DNA of 64,000 bases from Blepharisma stoltei ATCC 30299 (GCA_965603825.1 CBFDEM010000023.1:372001-436000); one strand, 5' to 3'. Shown: positions 47,873-60,115, counted from the first letter of the stretch. Translations and numbers: made by a program. The notes: generated from the letters alone by a model not told the origin.

Positions 47873-48856
47873 TTATAATTTCTCTTTTAGCCATGCTGCT
47901 AATTCTTCTGACATTTTTTGGAAATTTGATGTATCTTTTTGGAGGTCTTCTAACATCTCAATGCCATATCTTTTTCCTATAAACATTGTTTCAAGCTTGT
48001 CTATATAGTCTGGATATAAACAGTCTGAAAATATTTTGCAGCCTTCCACAACTCCTTTAACGACGTTGAACTGAAGGTCAATTAAACCCCAGGAAAAATA
48101 GTTCTCAAGCTGGTGGGTGAACACTGGGCTGACTCCATATCTCCAGTCCCAATTTAAATAAGCTTGAGCTTTGGCTTCTACATCTTCAGGCATTTCAGTT
48201 ACTTCTGTATTTTCTGCATTTGGATACTCCTTAAGGAAGCTTTTTCTAATCGCAGTTATAAACCTTTCGTGATTGATAGTTGGGTCGACTTCAGCTAAGT
48301 TCATTACTCTTGATGAAACAGAGTTTATTCCTTTGCTTAGAAGCTTTGCTTTATTAGGATTTAGATATCTCAAGATCGCATCTTTTTCGACATTAATCAT
48401 CATAGTTCCATGATGAAGTGAAATCGTTTGTGAGCCTATTGTGTGTATTTTATATGCTGAGCCTGATATTTTCTTCGAGTCCAGTAATATATCATTTCTC
48501 CCACTAACAACAGCATCAATTCCTAAAGCACTCAAAGCTCTCAAAATAATTGAGTTATTCTTCACTTTGAAATCCACATTAGATTTATCAGGTGTAATAA
48601 AAGAAAAGCAGGTATTGCCAAGATCTTGATATACAGCTCCTCCTCCACTTTTTCTTCTGCAAAGCTGCACATTGTCTTCGTTCATCCTATCGATGTGAAT
48701 TTCTTTCCATGGGTTTTGGTTTCTCCCTATCACGATTGTTTTATCATTCTGATACATGCATAGAATAGGTGATTTCACGTTCTCTAGAAGATGCTCTTCA
48801 AAAGCGAGATTTTGGAAGATGCTAGTGGTTTTCGTAATAAGAAATCTCGGCTTCAT
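47873..48856 (-). CDS. lplA: Lipoate-protein ligase A (catalytic + C-terminal domain)
   Basis: NLAFEE, IVIGRNQNPWKE, RRKSGGGAVYQDLGN, GRNDI...KISGSA, HHGT, WDWRYG.SP.F. Confidence 0.95.
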   Translation of the reverse strand: MKPRFLITKTTSIFQNLAFEEHLLENVKSPILCMYQNDKTIVIGRNQNPWKEIHIDRMNEDNVQLCRRKSGGGAVYQDLGNTCFSFITPDKSNVDFKVKNNSIILRALSALGIDAVVSGRNDILLDSKKISGSAYKIHTIGSQTISLHHGTMMINVEKDAILRYLNPNKAKLLSKGINSVSSRVMNLAEVDPTINHERFITAIRKSFLKEYPNAENTEVTEMPEDVEAKAQAYLNWDWRYGVSPVFTHQLENYFSWGLIDLQFNVVKGVVEGCKIFSDCLYPDYIDKLETMFIGKRYGIEMLEDLQKDTSNFQKMSEELAAWLKEKL

Positions 48857-48946
48857 ATTTTAGTAAATAGTAATTGGAAACTGAATGAAAGAGAATGGTT
48901 AATAGGAAATTCAAAGATTATTATATTAAATTAAGAGAAACAAAAA

Positions 48947-49717
48947 ATGGTTTGGATTGTTCGATTGTCGCTTATTGGAATTATCATGATCATACTTCTT
49001 TATGATTGCATTCTAATTATGTATCTTGTAATCGCTGATTTTGCTAAAAAAATTCATAGGGTGCTATCATGCATCTTTTTGGCTACCAGTTATATTGCAA
49101 ACCCTCTAATTTTGTTATTTGTAACAAAAGGGTCGCAACCCTCCCACTCATTTTATAAGAAAACCTTTATAAACTTCCCATTTGCTTGCTTGATCACAAA
49201 TACTTTCTTAGGCCTTCACCCAAAAGTTATGAAGAAGTTTATGGATTGCTTAGGGATTGAGGACAGCAGGGTAGCAATTAATTCAATAATATTACTTTAT
49301 ATTGGGAAAATTTGCTGCACCGGCCTCTTAGACGTTTTTTGCCAGGCTCTAATTTTGGGGAAAAATATATCAATGGCAGACGAATTCAATTGAATTACCC
49401 AGATTTACATAATGTTTTCGATATTGACAGTAATCGTGTTGATTGGACAATCGTTTTGACTTTGCAGCGACATTCTTCTTGAAATAGGCACTATTTATGA
49501 TGCTGAGCCATCGCTAGTTAAAGAGTGCTTGATTAATTCCAATGTAGTTACTTATCAAAACTTTAGGAAAGAAGAGATTTGTAACATATGCTTTGAGGAG
49601 TATAAAGTCAAAGATTCGATAAGCGAAATTGCGTCCTGTAACCATAAATTCCATCAAGAGTGCTTGAAAAAGTGGTTTAATTTTAGAACAAATTGCCCCT
49701 TGTGTAGAGGCATTTAA
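48947..49717 (+). CDS. Multi-pass membrane RING-H2 E3 ligase, ~256 aa, TGA=Trp at 49391 and 49457
   Basis: Several hydrophobic segments joined through two TGAs to CNICFEEY...CNHKFHQECLKKW...CPLCR. Confidence 0.85.
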
Positions 49718-49770
49718 GTAAAAATTTAAATTAAGATTATATTTTTTGATTTATAAAAATAAATTAGTTG

Positions 49771-50010
49771 TAAGGCCAATATACATCAGTCACACTGTTA
49801 GCGTGCCCTCAGAGCTAACTCGAAACAGAAACCAAGCTCGCTAACTTTCTGCTATGCTCTGCCAAATTATGTATTTCTCAAAACCAAACCATTGTGGCTG
49901 CAATTGTGTTAAATCGAACTTTGCACGTCAGAATGGTTAAGAAAAGCTTTGTTTCTATTAATGCTTTTTTTGAGGGCACACTAATAGCGTGCAAAGCTAT
50001 AATGGCTTTA
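49771..50010. other. Intergenic multi-stem foldback (candidate structured ncRNA or inverted-repeat element)
   Basis: Nested complementary arms 49771-49778/50003-50010, 49791-49813/49969-49991, 49822-49829/49948-49955, 49887-49893/49932-49938 and 49899-49903/49921-49925; GC-richer than the flanks. Confidence 0.6.
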
Positions 50011-50201
50011 AAATTGGAAGAATTAGGTATTTATTGGATATATGATTGAGCCACTTCATTTAATTCTAATTGTTTCAATAAAAATGCCAGGAGATTTATT
50101 AGATAGTTATATGATAAAATCTTTTTTTAAATTATAAAAAAACTATTTTGTATTAAATGCATTAATGTACCACATTTATATACAGTATTTTCTTGGCGTG
50201 G

Positions 50202-50477
50202 CTATTGATTAGTTAAATTTTTGGTTTTTTCGATTTCTGAGTTGCCAGGCAAGTCAAAGCGGCAAGAAAATTGTATCTGCCCAGACTCTTCCAAACAAGG
50301 ATCAACTTCGCAAATTTTGAATAACTCCTTTACTGACAGGTGTGGAATACAATCCATTGTCTTTTCGCATTCTTTTAGCTTTCTCGGTGTTCTTTTGACG
50401 AGTTTATTACTTTTCTTTATTCTTTCGGATTCATTCCTAATGATTTTAGCTTTTCCTACTGATGCTGTGCATCCCAT
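50202..50477 (-). CDS. Small hypothetical protein with N-myristoylation motif (MGCTAS)
   Basis: 91-aa ORF, MGxxxS consensus, TAG stop. Confidence 0.65.
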   Translation of the reverse strand: MGCTASVGKAKIIRNESERIKKSNKLVKRTPRKLKECEKTMDCIPHLSVKELFKICEVDPCLEESGQIQFSCRFDLPGNSEIEKTKNLTNQ

Positions 50478-50772
50478 AATTACGATAATAAATATGGAGA
50501 TCTCTCCATAACATTTATTGCTTTTTTATCTCATTTCTAGACTTTTCGAAACAAAATTTAGAGCAATGGATTAAATTAATTTTGTTAAATATCGAAATTA
50601 TAATAAAACTCTATGCTAATAAGTAAATGGCACATTGAGTATAAAAATCATGAAAATTTCTTAAAGTCACTGTAAAAATTTATCTTTTTAGAATAATTAA
50701 TTTCTTCTCTTGAGTGAGCTTATATTTAAAAAATTAAACTTTTCTTATTTTTAACTAGTTAAAATTGCTATC

Positions 50773-51180
50773 TTATTTACTTTTCCCTTCTAAGACATGC
50801 ATCACTAATTTCCTAAAGTTCATCACGTCAACACGATCTGCGACATCTAGCTTGTCAACTGTTTCATGCTGATGCGCAGAATGAGCGATTGTTCTCAAGG
50901 CTTCTTTGCATTGCTCTCTATTTAGGAGCCCTTCTTGTCTTAGATCAAATAAGGTAAACACATTTTTTAGTTCTTGCTCGGTGAAGATAACATTTCCTGC
51001 TGGTCCTCTCACTTTTCGATTTTTAAGTTCATTAATAAGAAAACCTTTTACGTCTGCTGGTTTCTCAAAAGCTAATAGCGTGCAAAGATCTTCAAATAGC
51101 TCCAATATTTGATGTCTGCCCAGATATAATTCTGCTTCTTCTATCAAAGAGTTCGTAACTTCTTGGTTTCTTATTGCCAT
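50773..51180 (-). CDS. EFCAB10-like protein (RIIa/DPY30-like dimerisation domain + EF-hand)
   Basis: YLGRHQILELFEDLCTLLAFEKPADVKGFLI and FTEQELKNVFTLFDLRQEGLLNREQCKEAL. Confidence 0.8.
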   Translation of the reverse strand: MAIRNQEVTNSLIEEAELYLGRHQILELFEDLCTLLAFEKPADVKGFLINELKNRKVRGPAGNVIFTEQELKNVFTLFDLRQEGLLNREQCKEALRTIAHSAHQHETVDKLDVADRVDVMNFRKLVMHVLEGKSK

Positions 51181-51254
51181 TTCTTATATTCAATTTTAAT
51201 TTATGCGTAAAGAAAGAAATTTTTGAGAATTTATGATTAAATTTGTAAAGATCT

Positions 51255-52370
51255 TTACAATGGCAATGGCTCTATCTTATTAGCGAGATAATCATAATAC
51301 CAAAGTCCATTGTTCCATGCCCGATACATATAAATTTTTCCATCGTAGCATGCTGGAGTTCCTATTGAGAAATAGCCCATATTGTGTGCTTCAACCACTC
51401 CGTATTCAGTGATTCTATCTCTCTCAGGGTAGAATTTACTGACATGATTACCACTAATAATTAAAATGCAATTTTTCATTGGTACAGAAAGAGAAGTTCC
51501 TGGGTAGTTTAGAGAGATAGCGAGCATAGTAATTGTATTTTGATTGGGATCATATACTTCAATACTTCTTTCGTTACCCCAACCGCCTGTCAAATATATC
51601 TTTCTTTTGTAGACGCAGCTTCCACAGCAGCTTCTTGAATTAATTAATTGAGATACAACTGTAAATGTTTGAGTATTGATATCATATCTTTCAATTGGCT
51701 GAACTGGCTGAGCATTAAAAGAATCAGAATTTGAGCCTCCAAAAATAAATACAGAGTTCTCAATCTTATGAGCTGTATGATATCCACGAGCAAAATTAAG
51801 AGTTGTTGGCAAAGTAATAGGTGTCAATGAACTAAGGTTAAGCAGAATCGCTGTATCTCTTGCTTGGAAATTTCCATAGGCAATCCCTCCTGCTATCAAT
51901 AATTCATTATCATTGATTTGGGTAACTGATGGAGCTATATGGTTAATATATGGCAAATTCTGCTTTGTGATCGTTTTTGTTTTTACATCTAGCATTGTTA
52001 TAGTTGCTGAATTAAAAGGGACTTCATATACAATTGATCCATCAGATTCCAAATTATCCATCACTATCTTAAATTCTTTAAAATAGGTATTAAGAACATT
52101 TTTAAGTTCAATTGTAATCGTAGGGTTCACTTTTTCATAAATTATGTCATCTGGTACTTCTCCTTGATCTAATTTCTTTATTTCGTTTTCTGTCTTTTCT
52201 ATTTCTATCTGAGCTTGTGAAATAATTTTTCCTAGTTCTTCTTTTGATGTTTCTTTAATTATATTAGAAATTGTCTCATAGCTCTGATCAATTTTCTTTA
52301 AACTGTTCTGGAGAAAATCAGAAACTTGTCCAATTTTTTCTAAGTCTGATGGTTGAATAGGGGAGACCAT
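51255..52370 (-). CDS. Coiled-coil + Kelch-repeat protein
   Basis: LLIAGG, ARGYH...VFIFGG, IERYD, IYLTGG...SIEVYDP. ATG at 52370. Confidence 0.88.
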   Translation of the reverse strand: MVSPIQPSDLEKIGQVSDFLQNSLKKIDQSYETISNIIKETSKEELGKIISQAQIEIEKTENEIKKLDQGEVPDDIIYEKVNPTITIELKNVLNTYFKEFKIVMDNLESDGSIVYEVPFNSATITMLDVKTKTITKQNLPYINHIAPSVTQINDNELLIAGGIAYGNFQARDTAILLNLSSLTPITLPTTLNFARGYHTAHKIENSVFIFGGSNSDSFNAQPVQPIERYDINTQTFTVVSQLINSRSCCGSCVYKRKIYLTGGWGNERSIEVYDPNQNTITMLAISLNYPGTSLSVPMKNCILIISGNHVSKFYPERDRITEYGVVEAHNMGYFSIGTPACYDGKIYMYRAWNNGLWYYDYLANKIEPLPL

Positions 52371-52436
52371 TGGCAAGTTAAAATGATTCTATAAAGATGA
52401 ATTTTTAATAAGATATAGAGAAGTTGAAAATTAAAA

Positions 52437-54932
52437 TTATTGCAACTTACTTGTAATTAAAAACTTGGACAGATCCTTCATTGACCGACTTCGGTTATCT
52501 GAATTATTTCTGCTATGAGTAGTCAAGCATTCTAAATAGTTTTTAGAGAATATAGGATTGCCACACTGCAAACCTTTATGCAAAATGCAAGCTTTTGCAT
52601 CACTTTTATAATCAAAGTTTGATATTGGATGCTTTAGCTTATTTTCTGCAATGGGACTCAGCTCAAACCCTAATTTTTTCCCTTTTAAAGGAGAAACAAC
52701 ATTTTGTACATTGGTATGAGATATGGCTTTAAAAATTGTTTCTGTTTGGAGACTTGATTTTCTACTAATTGACTCTAGACTTACTTTTCTACTTGCATTA
52801 ACAGCCTGATTTTTTCCAAAATTTTGTGTTTTTGAGCGAGCAATTATGTTTGGAGTAAATGATATGAATTTTGTATGACAAATTTGTGTAGACCGCTTTT
52901 CTTTACTCATACTTCTGGCAAGAGGCTCAGATGCTTTGCAGTTGTCGCTCAGTTTATTTTGAAAATTCGCTGTAAATGCATATCGATTGCTTTCACTGTA
53001 AAGAGTATCCTCAATTTGTTTTATATCAATTTGATCTTGCCTATTAGCATAAATAATTTCTTCTTCTATTTCGTTTTCAATAGCTTGAATTAAAATATTG
53101 TCCTCATTTCTTGCATTGGATGGACTGTCTTTAAATTCTAAGTCTTTATCTATTGTAGTTTCTTCTGAATGTTTATCTTTTTTAGATGATCCTTTATATT
53201 CATTCAGCCATTCCGCTGTCAAATGTAAGTGTCTGTGCAAGGTTGAGTTATTTACAAACATCAAGCAGCTCCTTGCAAGGTCTTTTCCAATTTTACTTAA
53301 GTCTTCAAGAGAAAAATAAGGATTTCCCGCTTCCTCAGGCCCAAAAAAGCTGCATTCCATAGTATAGCTATTTACTATTCCTAATTGTCTAAACAAGACA
53401 ATTCTCGCAGTTGCCTCTTTTTGTTTTTCCAGCCGATAATGAGTATTTTTATAAGAAAACTTTGCATTATTTTTAGCCATGTAAACTGGTGTAACCATAG
53501 ACAATAATTTTTTCATTTTATCAGTTTTTGACCCAGGGCAGCATCCATACATAAACACATTCCTTTTCTTTGCGTGAGCATGCAGATCACAATACATGAC
53601 AACATCGTTCAATTCTTTTAATTTCACAATTAATTCTTTTGTATGATAAATGGTTGGATGCAAAATTTTATTGGGCTTTATCCATCTCCTATTTAAATCA
53701 ACTCCGAGAAGAGAACATCTAGTGTTCCCATGAACCACTCCATCAGGATTTAGCATGGGGACGATGCAGAAAATGAACTCTTTTCTTAATATTTTGGCAT
53801 CTTTTGAGCTCCCAACCAGAAACTTTATTAATCCTTGCATAATGAAAGATGAAGGACTTTCTCCTGGATGAACTCTTGCAGTGATTACAACTCCTTTTTT
53901 ACTGGAATGTTCATCTTCTTTCCTTTTTTTCTTATTTAAATCAAAAGTTCCAACTCTATTAGTTATTGTTATCATATCACAAGAATGGCCACCAAGTGTG
54001 TCTGCTAATTTTTCGACCCTAGCAATTTTTGGGCTTTTTTTTGTAATTCCACTTAAAAGATTGGACAAATCAGCATAGGTGTATGGATAAGAGTATGCAA
54101 ACTTTACAGTATCTTTTTCATAGGTAAAATGGTAGGTAAAAGAATAGGTGTAGCATTCTATATCTCTGTCTTCTCCATATAAAAGATGCTTGAACTCCTT
54201 GGTCTCCGTAAAACTAGTTTCCCAGCTTTTTCTTCTCCAGGTTTTTCCTTTTTCCAATAAAGCTTTTGTTGACAGTATGACAGGCTTCATACCCTCAGAG
54301 CATAATTTGTCAAATTTCACAAAATTTATAATGTGAAATCTAGCTGTCACTGGGTTTTGGTTTTTACATAAAAAGTAAAACCAGTGCTTGTAGCTTTGTG
54401 CTCTTGTGTCTGGCCGAATAAAAAGCACATATTCACGCTCATCTACTCGAATTGCTTTTTGAAGATTTCCACTTTCGAAAAGACTGTCAAATTTTATTAA
54501 ATTGCTATCATTATTTCAATTGATTTTCTTCGATGTATATTCAGGCAGAGGCTTTCCAGCAAGCTCATAATATCGATTAATGTCGCTTTTTGAGCCTTTT
54601 TCAAGTTCGGTTTTTATTTCTTCAGCAATTGCTTCTTGCCTGATATTTGAACTGACTTCTTCTATCTCATATACTACTTGAAACCATTTTGTGCGGTCAT
54701 TGCTTTGGTCAAGCTCATTTATCTTTTCATTTTCACTTGGATATTCATAGAATGGTTTTTGAGAATTGTCTTGGCTTAATTCAAAATTTGATTGGGTATC
54801 AGTTTTTTCAGAATCTTTACAGGGAGCACCATTGGTTGGGGATTCTAATTTTTGTTTAATTGTTTTCTTTTTTAGGATTTCTTGTTTGTGTCCTAGAGAA
54901 ATGACCTTTATGTCTCCACTTATTTGGTCCAT
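52437..54932 (-). CDS. Cytosolic carboxypeptidase (CCP/AGBL/Nna1, M14D), ~831 aa, TGA=Trp at 54516
   Basis: KFDSLFESGNL (after TGA 54516), WFYF, YPYTY, ARVHPGE, PMLNPDGV, DLNRRW, DLHAH, SYTMECSF. Confidence 0.95.
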
Positions 54933-55061
54933 TTTGTATTTAGGACGTAGAGAATAAGATTAAAGAAAAGCAATAAAACCTGAAAAATTCAATTTTAATA
55001 AGAGCATTCTTTGTTTAGGCGAAAAAAATGACAAGCAATTTAAGCCTGTAGTTAAAATAAA

Positions 55062-55832
55062 ATGACTCATGTACACCCTGCATTTAAAACAGCAGAAACC
55101 ATCTATGCTAATGAAATTTATAATTTCATTCATGAGATCCATCCAAAGCGAAGATCATTAAATAATTCACCTTTATCAAGCAAGGACAAATTTATATCCT
55201 TAAAGAATAAGCGATTTAACAGAGGAAAGCATAGCAGATTCTCAACTTCCTTTGCAGTCGCAGCCCCTAATGATCAAAAGCTAGACTATCTTCCTGCTTC
55301 TAAGCTTCACCAAAGAATATTTGATAAGCCAGACTACGACCATCTTTCATTAACTGAGAAAGTTAATTTACCTTTAGAGAAATCTCAAATTGTTATAGCC
55401 CCTAAACTACCTCCTTTAAGAACAATTTCTCCTACTTTTAACAAGCTAATACCATTTGATTTGATTAAATCATCAAGAAGTTCAACTACAAACAAAGATC
55501 AGTTAAAAGAGCTGCATTGTAGCGCGCTGGACAAACTTGTAAGCGTCTGCCAAGACGCAGAAGATATTCCTAAAGTATCTAAAAAGGTTAACAAAGAAGT
55601 TAAGTTAATCGAAAGGTTTTCGGAAAGAATTAATTGGACAACAGACACATTAAAACAGTTTGAAGATTATGATCACTCAGTAATCAGGCACATGTTTCAT
55701 CATTTTAGTCTCATTAAGGAAGACTTAAATAAAGAAATCAGTGAGATTTCTCATCAGATGAAAGCTGGAACTAACGATCAGCACTTAGTAAATGCAAGGA
55801 GACGACGAAAATCAGTTCGTAAAGACTTTTAG
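55062..55832 (+). CDS. Hypothetical protein, 256 aa
   Basis: Long open frame, AAAA-ATG context, TAG stop. Confidence 0.7.
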   Translation: MTHVHPAFKTAETIYANEIYNFIHEIHPKRRSLNNSPLSSKDKFISLKNKRFNRGKHSRFSTSFAVAAPNDQKLDYLPASKLHQRIFDKPDYDHLSLTEKVNLPLEKSQIVIAPKLPPLRTISPTFNKLIPFDLIKSSRSSTTNKDQLKELHCSALDKLVSVCQDAEDIPKVSKKVNKEVKLIERFSERINWTTDTLKQFEDYDHSVIRHMFHHFSLIKEDLNKEISEISHQMKAGTNDQHLVNARRRRKSVRKDF

Positions 55833-56109
55833 CCATATTTCAAAATGCAATAAAAGTTTTTAAATTATAATCATATTATAATCTTTTAATTTAAAGAAGA
55901 TAACTCGATAATTAAATGCCAAAGTTTAAAGAGGTATATAAGCAAATATAGCATTACATTTTATTAAAAACTTATATATCATTGATGCTGCATCGATTTG
56001 AAGGCTCAAGATATTATGGAAAATTTAAATTTAATTAAGATTATTAAAATAACTGAAATTGCTTGGATATCATAATTTTTTCACAAATTTCATATTAATT
56101 TCTTACAAA

Positions 56110-59100
56110 ATGTCTAATAGTATAGTTCCCAGTCAAGACGAAAACGGCCCAGAGATTGAAGAGCAGCCAGTACAAGAAGCACCTGCATTAGTATTAGGAG
56201 CACTCTCTGGACAATTAGTCGAAGATCTGATGCCGAAAACTGGAGGTTTCGAGCCAGCTGATTTATCAGATCGCATGCACGTAAATGTTTTTTCACCTGG
56301 AAAGCTCTTAGGGAACGATGATATCAATCCTGAAAATATCCAAGCAGGAGAAGATATCCCTTTTATCCCTTTAAATCTTGCCCTCAACTACGTGAGAAAA
56401 GTAACCGCTATTTAGATGGAAGAAGATATGAAAGCAATGCACAAAAATCATGTCTCAATTCTCGATAAAATTGACAAATGCTATTACGATATAGAGCAGG
56501 ATACCCACAAAAAATATAGAGAATTCATTGAAAAATACAAGTCGCAGCATGAGTTTAAATATTCGAAGTTGCGAGCATCTTATGATGAAAACAAAAAGGA
56601 AAAAGAAGAACTCAAAAACTGGGCAGATGAAACTATTAAGCAATTGCAAGCTAAAATCAGAGAACTTACTGAGGAAAAGAAAAAGCTGCTTGAAGATTAC
56701 AATCAATCCCTAGAGGGAGGACAAAGCTCTTCACAAGCAGCTATAAAAGCGGTTGAGCATGAATACTTGATGAAGATGGAAACGATGAAGCAAGAACATG
56801 AAAAAAATATTGAACAGCTCAAAGCAGTCGCTGTGCCGATTCCTGTTCCTGTTTCTGCTTCAAACAATGATGAAATTAATAGACTTAACCGCGAAATTGT
56901 AGAGCTGAAAAGGCAGCTTGCACTTGTAGTTGTTCCTGTTGTAGATAATAAAGAATCGGAGAAGTTGGCCAGAGAAAATTTTGAGCTTAGACAGATGCTA
57001 GCAGAAATGGAGGCACAGCAGAGAAATGATAAAAGTGAAATTGAGAGATTGAAATCTGAAGTTGCAAGATTAACTGAAGATAACTCTCAACTTGCCTTGC
57101 TAATTAAATCTCCTGGAGTAGATGAAGGGCTGAGCTTGGAAGAACGCGAAAGCTTCAAGAAGCAACTTGATGAGCAACAAGCCTTATACACCTCATCAAT
57201 AGCAGCAATTAGCTCAGAAAGAGACAGCTTGAAACGAGAACTTGATGCCATCAAAGGACACATGAACCAACCTAGCGACTCTGACGAGCCAGAAATCCAG
57301 TTTCTTAAAGCCCAATTAACCTTTTTAAATACCGAGCTTGACAATAACAGATCTACAATAGCAGAATTAGAAGCAAACCAAGCAAAAATACAGTCAGAAG
57401 CTGATTCCTCTCAAAAGCGCCAAGCAGAACTCTCTGCAGCATTAACTCTTTCAAATGACCGCGTAAGTCAGCTTGAAGCACAACTTGCAGACATTTTATC
57501 AAAGCCGCCAAAAGTGGTGTCGGATCCTGAAGATAAGAAAAAGATTGCTGACCTAGAAGTTTTGATTGCAAAACTCAATGTTAAGCCACAGTCTGATGGA
57601 AAAGACAAAGAGAGGATTGCTGAGCTAGAAGGTAAACTACGAGAATTAAGCAAGCTAGGTGTGGTTGCAGCCCCTGCTGTATCAAATTTGGAAGCCCAAG
57701 AAGAATTGGATAGAAAAGCTCTTGAACTTGAAAGGGCAAATGAAGAAATTGCAAGCTTAAAAGAGCAGCTACTACAAGCAACTGAAATTCCTGCAGCTAT
57801 GATGACTGCTAAGTCGGGAGATGACAAAGAAAAAGCTAGCTTGAGAAAACAGCTTAATAAAGCTCACAATCATATTACACTGCTGCAAGAAGAAATTGAA
57901 AAACTTAAACAAGAAAGAAAAGATGACAAAGAGCTGGAACTTTTGAACACTCAATTGAAGCAAGCCCATGCAAGAATTGTAGAATTAGAAAGCAAACTAA
58001 GGGCATTAAAAGATGCTGGGAAGTCTTCAAGCTCCCAAGCTATTCCAGCAGTCTTACCAGTTGTCTTGCCTAGTTCTTCTTCTCAAGAAGCTTCTGGAGC
58101 ATCAAATGAAGAGGTGTCTGCATTAAAAGAAGAATTAGAATTCTTAAAATTAGAAAACGAAAGACTTTCAAATGAAAAAGCTGCAATGGTAGGATTAGCT
58201 GCAGATGCACAAGCCTCTGGAGATTCTAAATCAAATCAAAGAATTGCCCAATTAGAAGCAGAATTGTCTTCTAGACCTGATCAAAAAGAAGTAGACCATC
58301 TGAAAGCCCACATCAAGCTTCTTGAGTCCCAAATCCAAGAAAGTTCTTCTTCGTCTTCTGACCAGCTTAAAAAGCTCCAGCAGCAAATTCTCGCCCTTCA
58401 AAACACTCACAACGAAAAAGTGAGAGAAATGGAAATCCAAGCCAAAAATGCTTATAACGAAAATCAAGGGATCATCAAGAAAATGGCCCACGACCAAGCA
58501 AATTTGCAACAAGATAAGACTGAGCTTGAAGCAGCACTTGCAGCAGCAGGGGCATCTCAAGCAAAAATGTCAAGAGAAATAGACGAGCTAAGAAAAGTTG
58601 CAGGACAAGCTGAAGAGTACTCAAAACAAGTCATAGCGCTTACAGCGACTGTAAAAGAAATGCAAGAACACAATAAAATAAAAGAAAATGAACTGAAAGA
58701 ATCAATAAGACAAAGGAAACTTCTGCACAACCAGCTAGAAGATTTGAAGGGGAAAATCAGAGTTTTCTGTAGAGTTAGACCGTTGAGTCGTAGAGAGCTT
58801 GAAATGGACTCTGTAAATATCACATCTATTGTAGATGAATTCACTATAAACTGTGAAGCCAAAACTGGTCAAATCAAACCATTCATGTACGACTCGGTCT
58901 TCGGGCCAAACTCTACACAAGACGATGTCTTTGAAGACACCAAAAGACTGGTTCAAAGCGCAGTTGATGGCTACAACGTCTGCATTTTCGCTTATGGGCA
59001 GACGGGGTCAGGAAAGACTTTTACTATTCAAGGGTCTCCTGACAACCCTGGAGTTACTCCAAGGGCTGTTGACGAACTATTTAGAATTCTAAACTCTATG

Positions 59101-59922
59101 CCATCACACTACTCATGGGAAGTCAAATGCTACATGGTCGAGCTCTACCTAGACAACTTAGTTGATCTATTTTGCCCGAAAGAAAACTTAGGAAACCCTC
59201 CTCCACTTAACATCAAAAAGGATCCTAAAGGTATGGTAGTTATCCCTGAAGCATTTCAATATACCATAAAAACACCAAAAGAGCTTATGGACAAGTTCTA
59301 CGAGGGCAACCAAAACCGCCATACAAGTAGCACAAAAATGAACGACACATCGTCGCGTTCCCATTTAATTTTCAGTGTCCTCATTGACGTAATGAACCAT
59401 GAAACCCAGCAAAGGACAGTTGGGAAGCTAAGTCTAGTTGATTTAGCAGGCTCAGAAAGAGTCAGCAAAACTGAAGCAACCGCTGAAAGACTGAAAGAAG
59501 GAAGAGCCATTAACAAAAGTTTAGCAGCACTAGGAGACGTAATTTCAGCTCTCAGTTCAGGAGAGCAGCATATACCTTATAGAAATAATAAGCTTACGAT
59601 GCTTATGAGTGATTCCTTAGGAGGTACAGCAAAAACATTAATGTTTGTAAACGTTTCACCTGCTTCTTATAATAGAGAAGAAACTATGATGTCTCTTTAT
59701 TATGCTGCCAGGGTTAAACTTATTCAGAACGAACCAATTAAGAATATAGAAAGTAAAGAAATGTCGAATATGAAGCAAATGATTATTGAGCTCACTGTTG
59801 AAAGAGATAAGCTGAAAGCAGCATTGGAAGCCAGCGGGATTGATGGAAGCCAAGTGGATAGGCTCGCAGCACAAGTAAGACAGGCTGAGGAGTTTAATGA
59901 TGCAAAGTATGATGAACTTTAA
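56110..59922 (+). CDS. Kinesin-14 with C-terminal KCBP-type motor, ~1265 aa; intron 56401-56415
   Basis: Long coiled coil, then LKGKIRVFCRVRPL, DGYNVCIFAYGQTGSGKT, SSRSH, LVDLAGSER, HIPYRNNKLTMLMSDSLGGTAKTLMFVNVSP. Confidence 0.95.
56401..56415 (+). other. 15-nt intron GTAACCGCTATTTAG (phase 0)
   Basis: Joins the 56110 exon in frame to the 56416 ORF. Confidence 0.85.
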
Positions 59923-60115
59923 TTATAATCAAGTATTTTTACTTAATATGAAATAATGATAAAATAGAGATAAAGAATTGAGAAATGAAGAATATATACT
60001 TTCCAGGGAATTTGGAAATTATGGAGTTAAGTAAACTAATCATTTGAATTATTATCAAAGAGGAAGCACATATGATGCAGAAGGAATACAAATATATAGC
60101 TAGAAAACTCTTAAG

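Noticed and set aside
49771-50010. Foldback read as telomerase RNA, SRP RNA, U3, U4 or hammerhead ribozyme
   Set aside because: No CCCTAACA-type template, no SRP helix-8 CAGG..AGCA, no TGATGA box C, U4-like similarity limited to AGCTTTGC, and no CTGANGA core.
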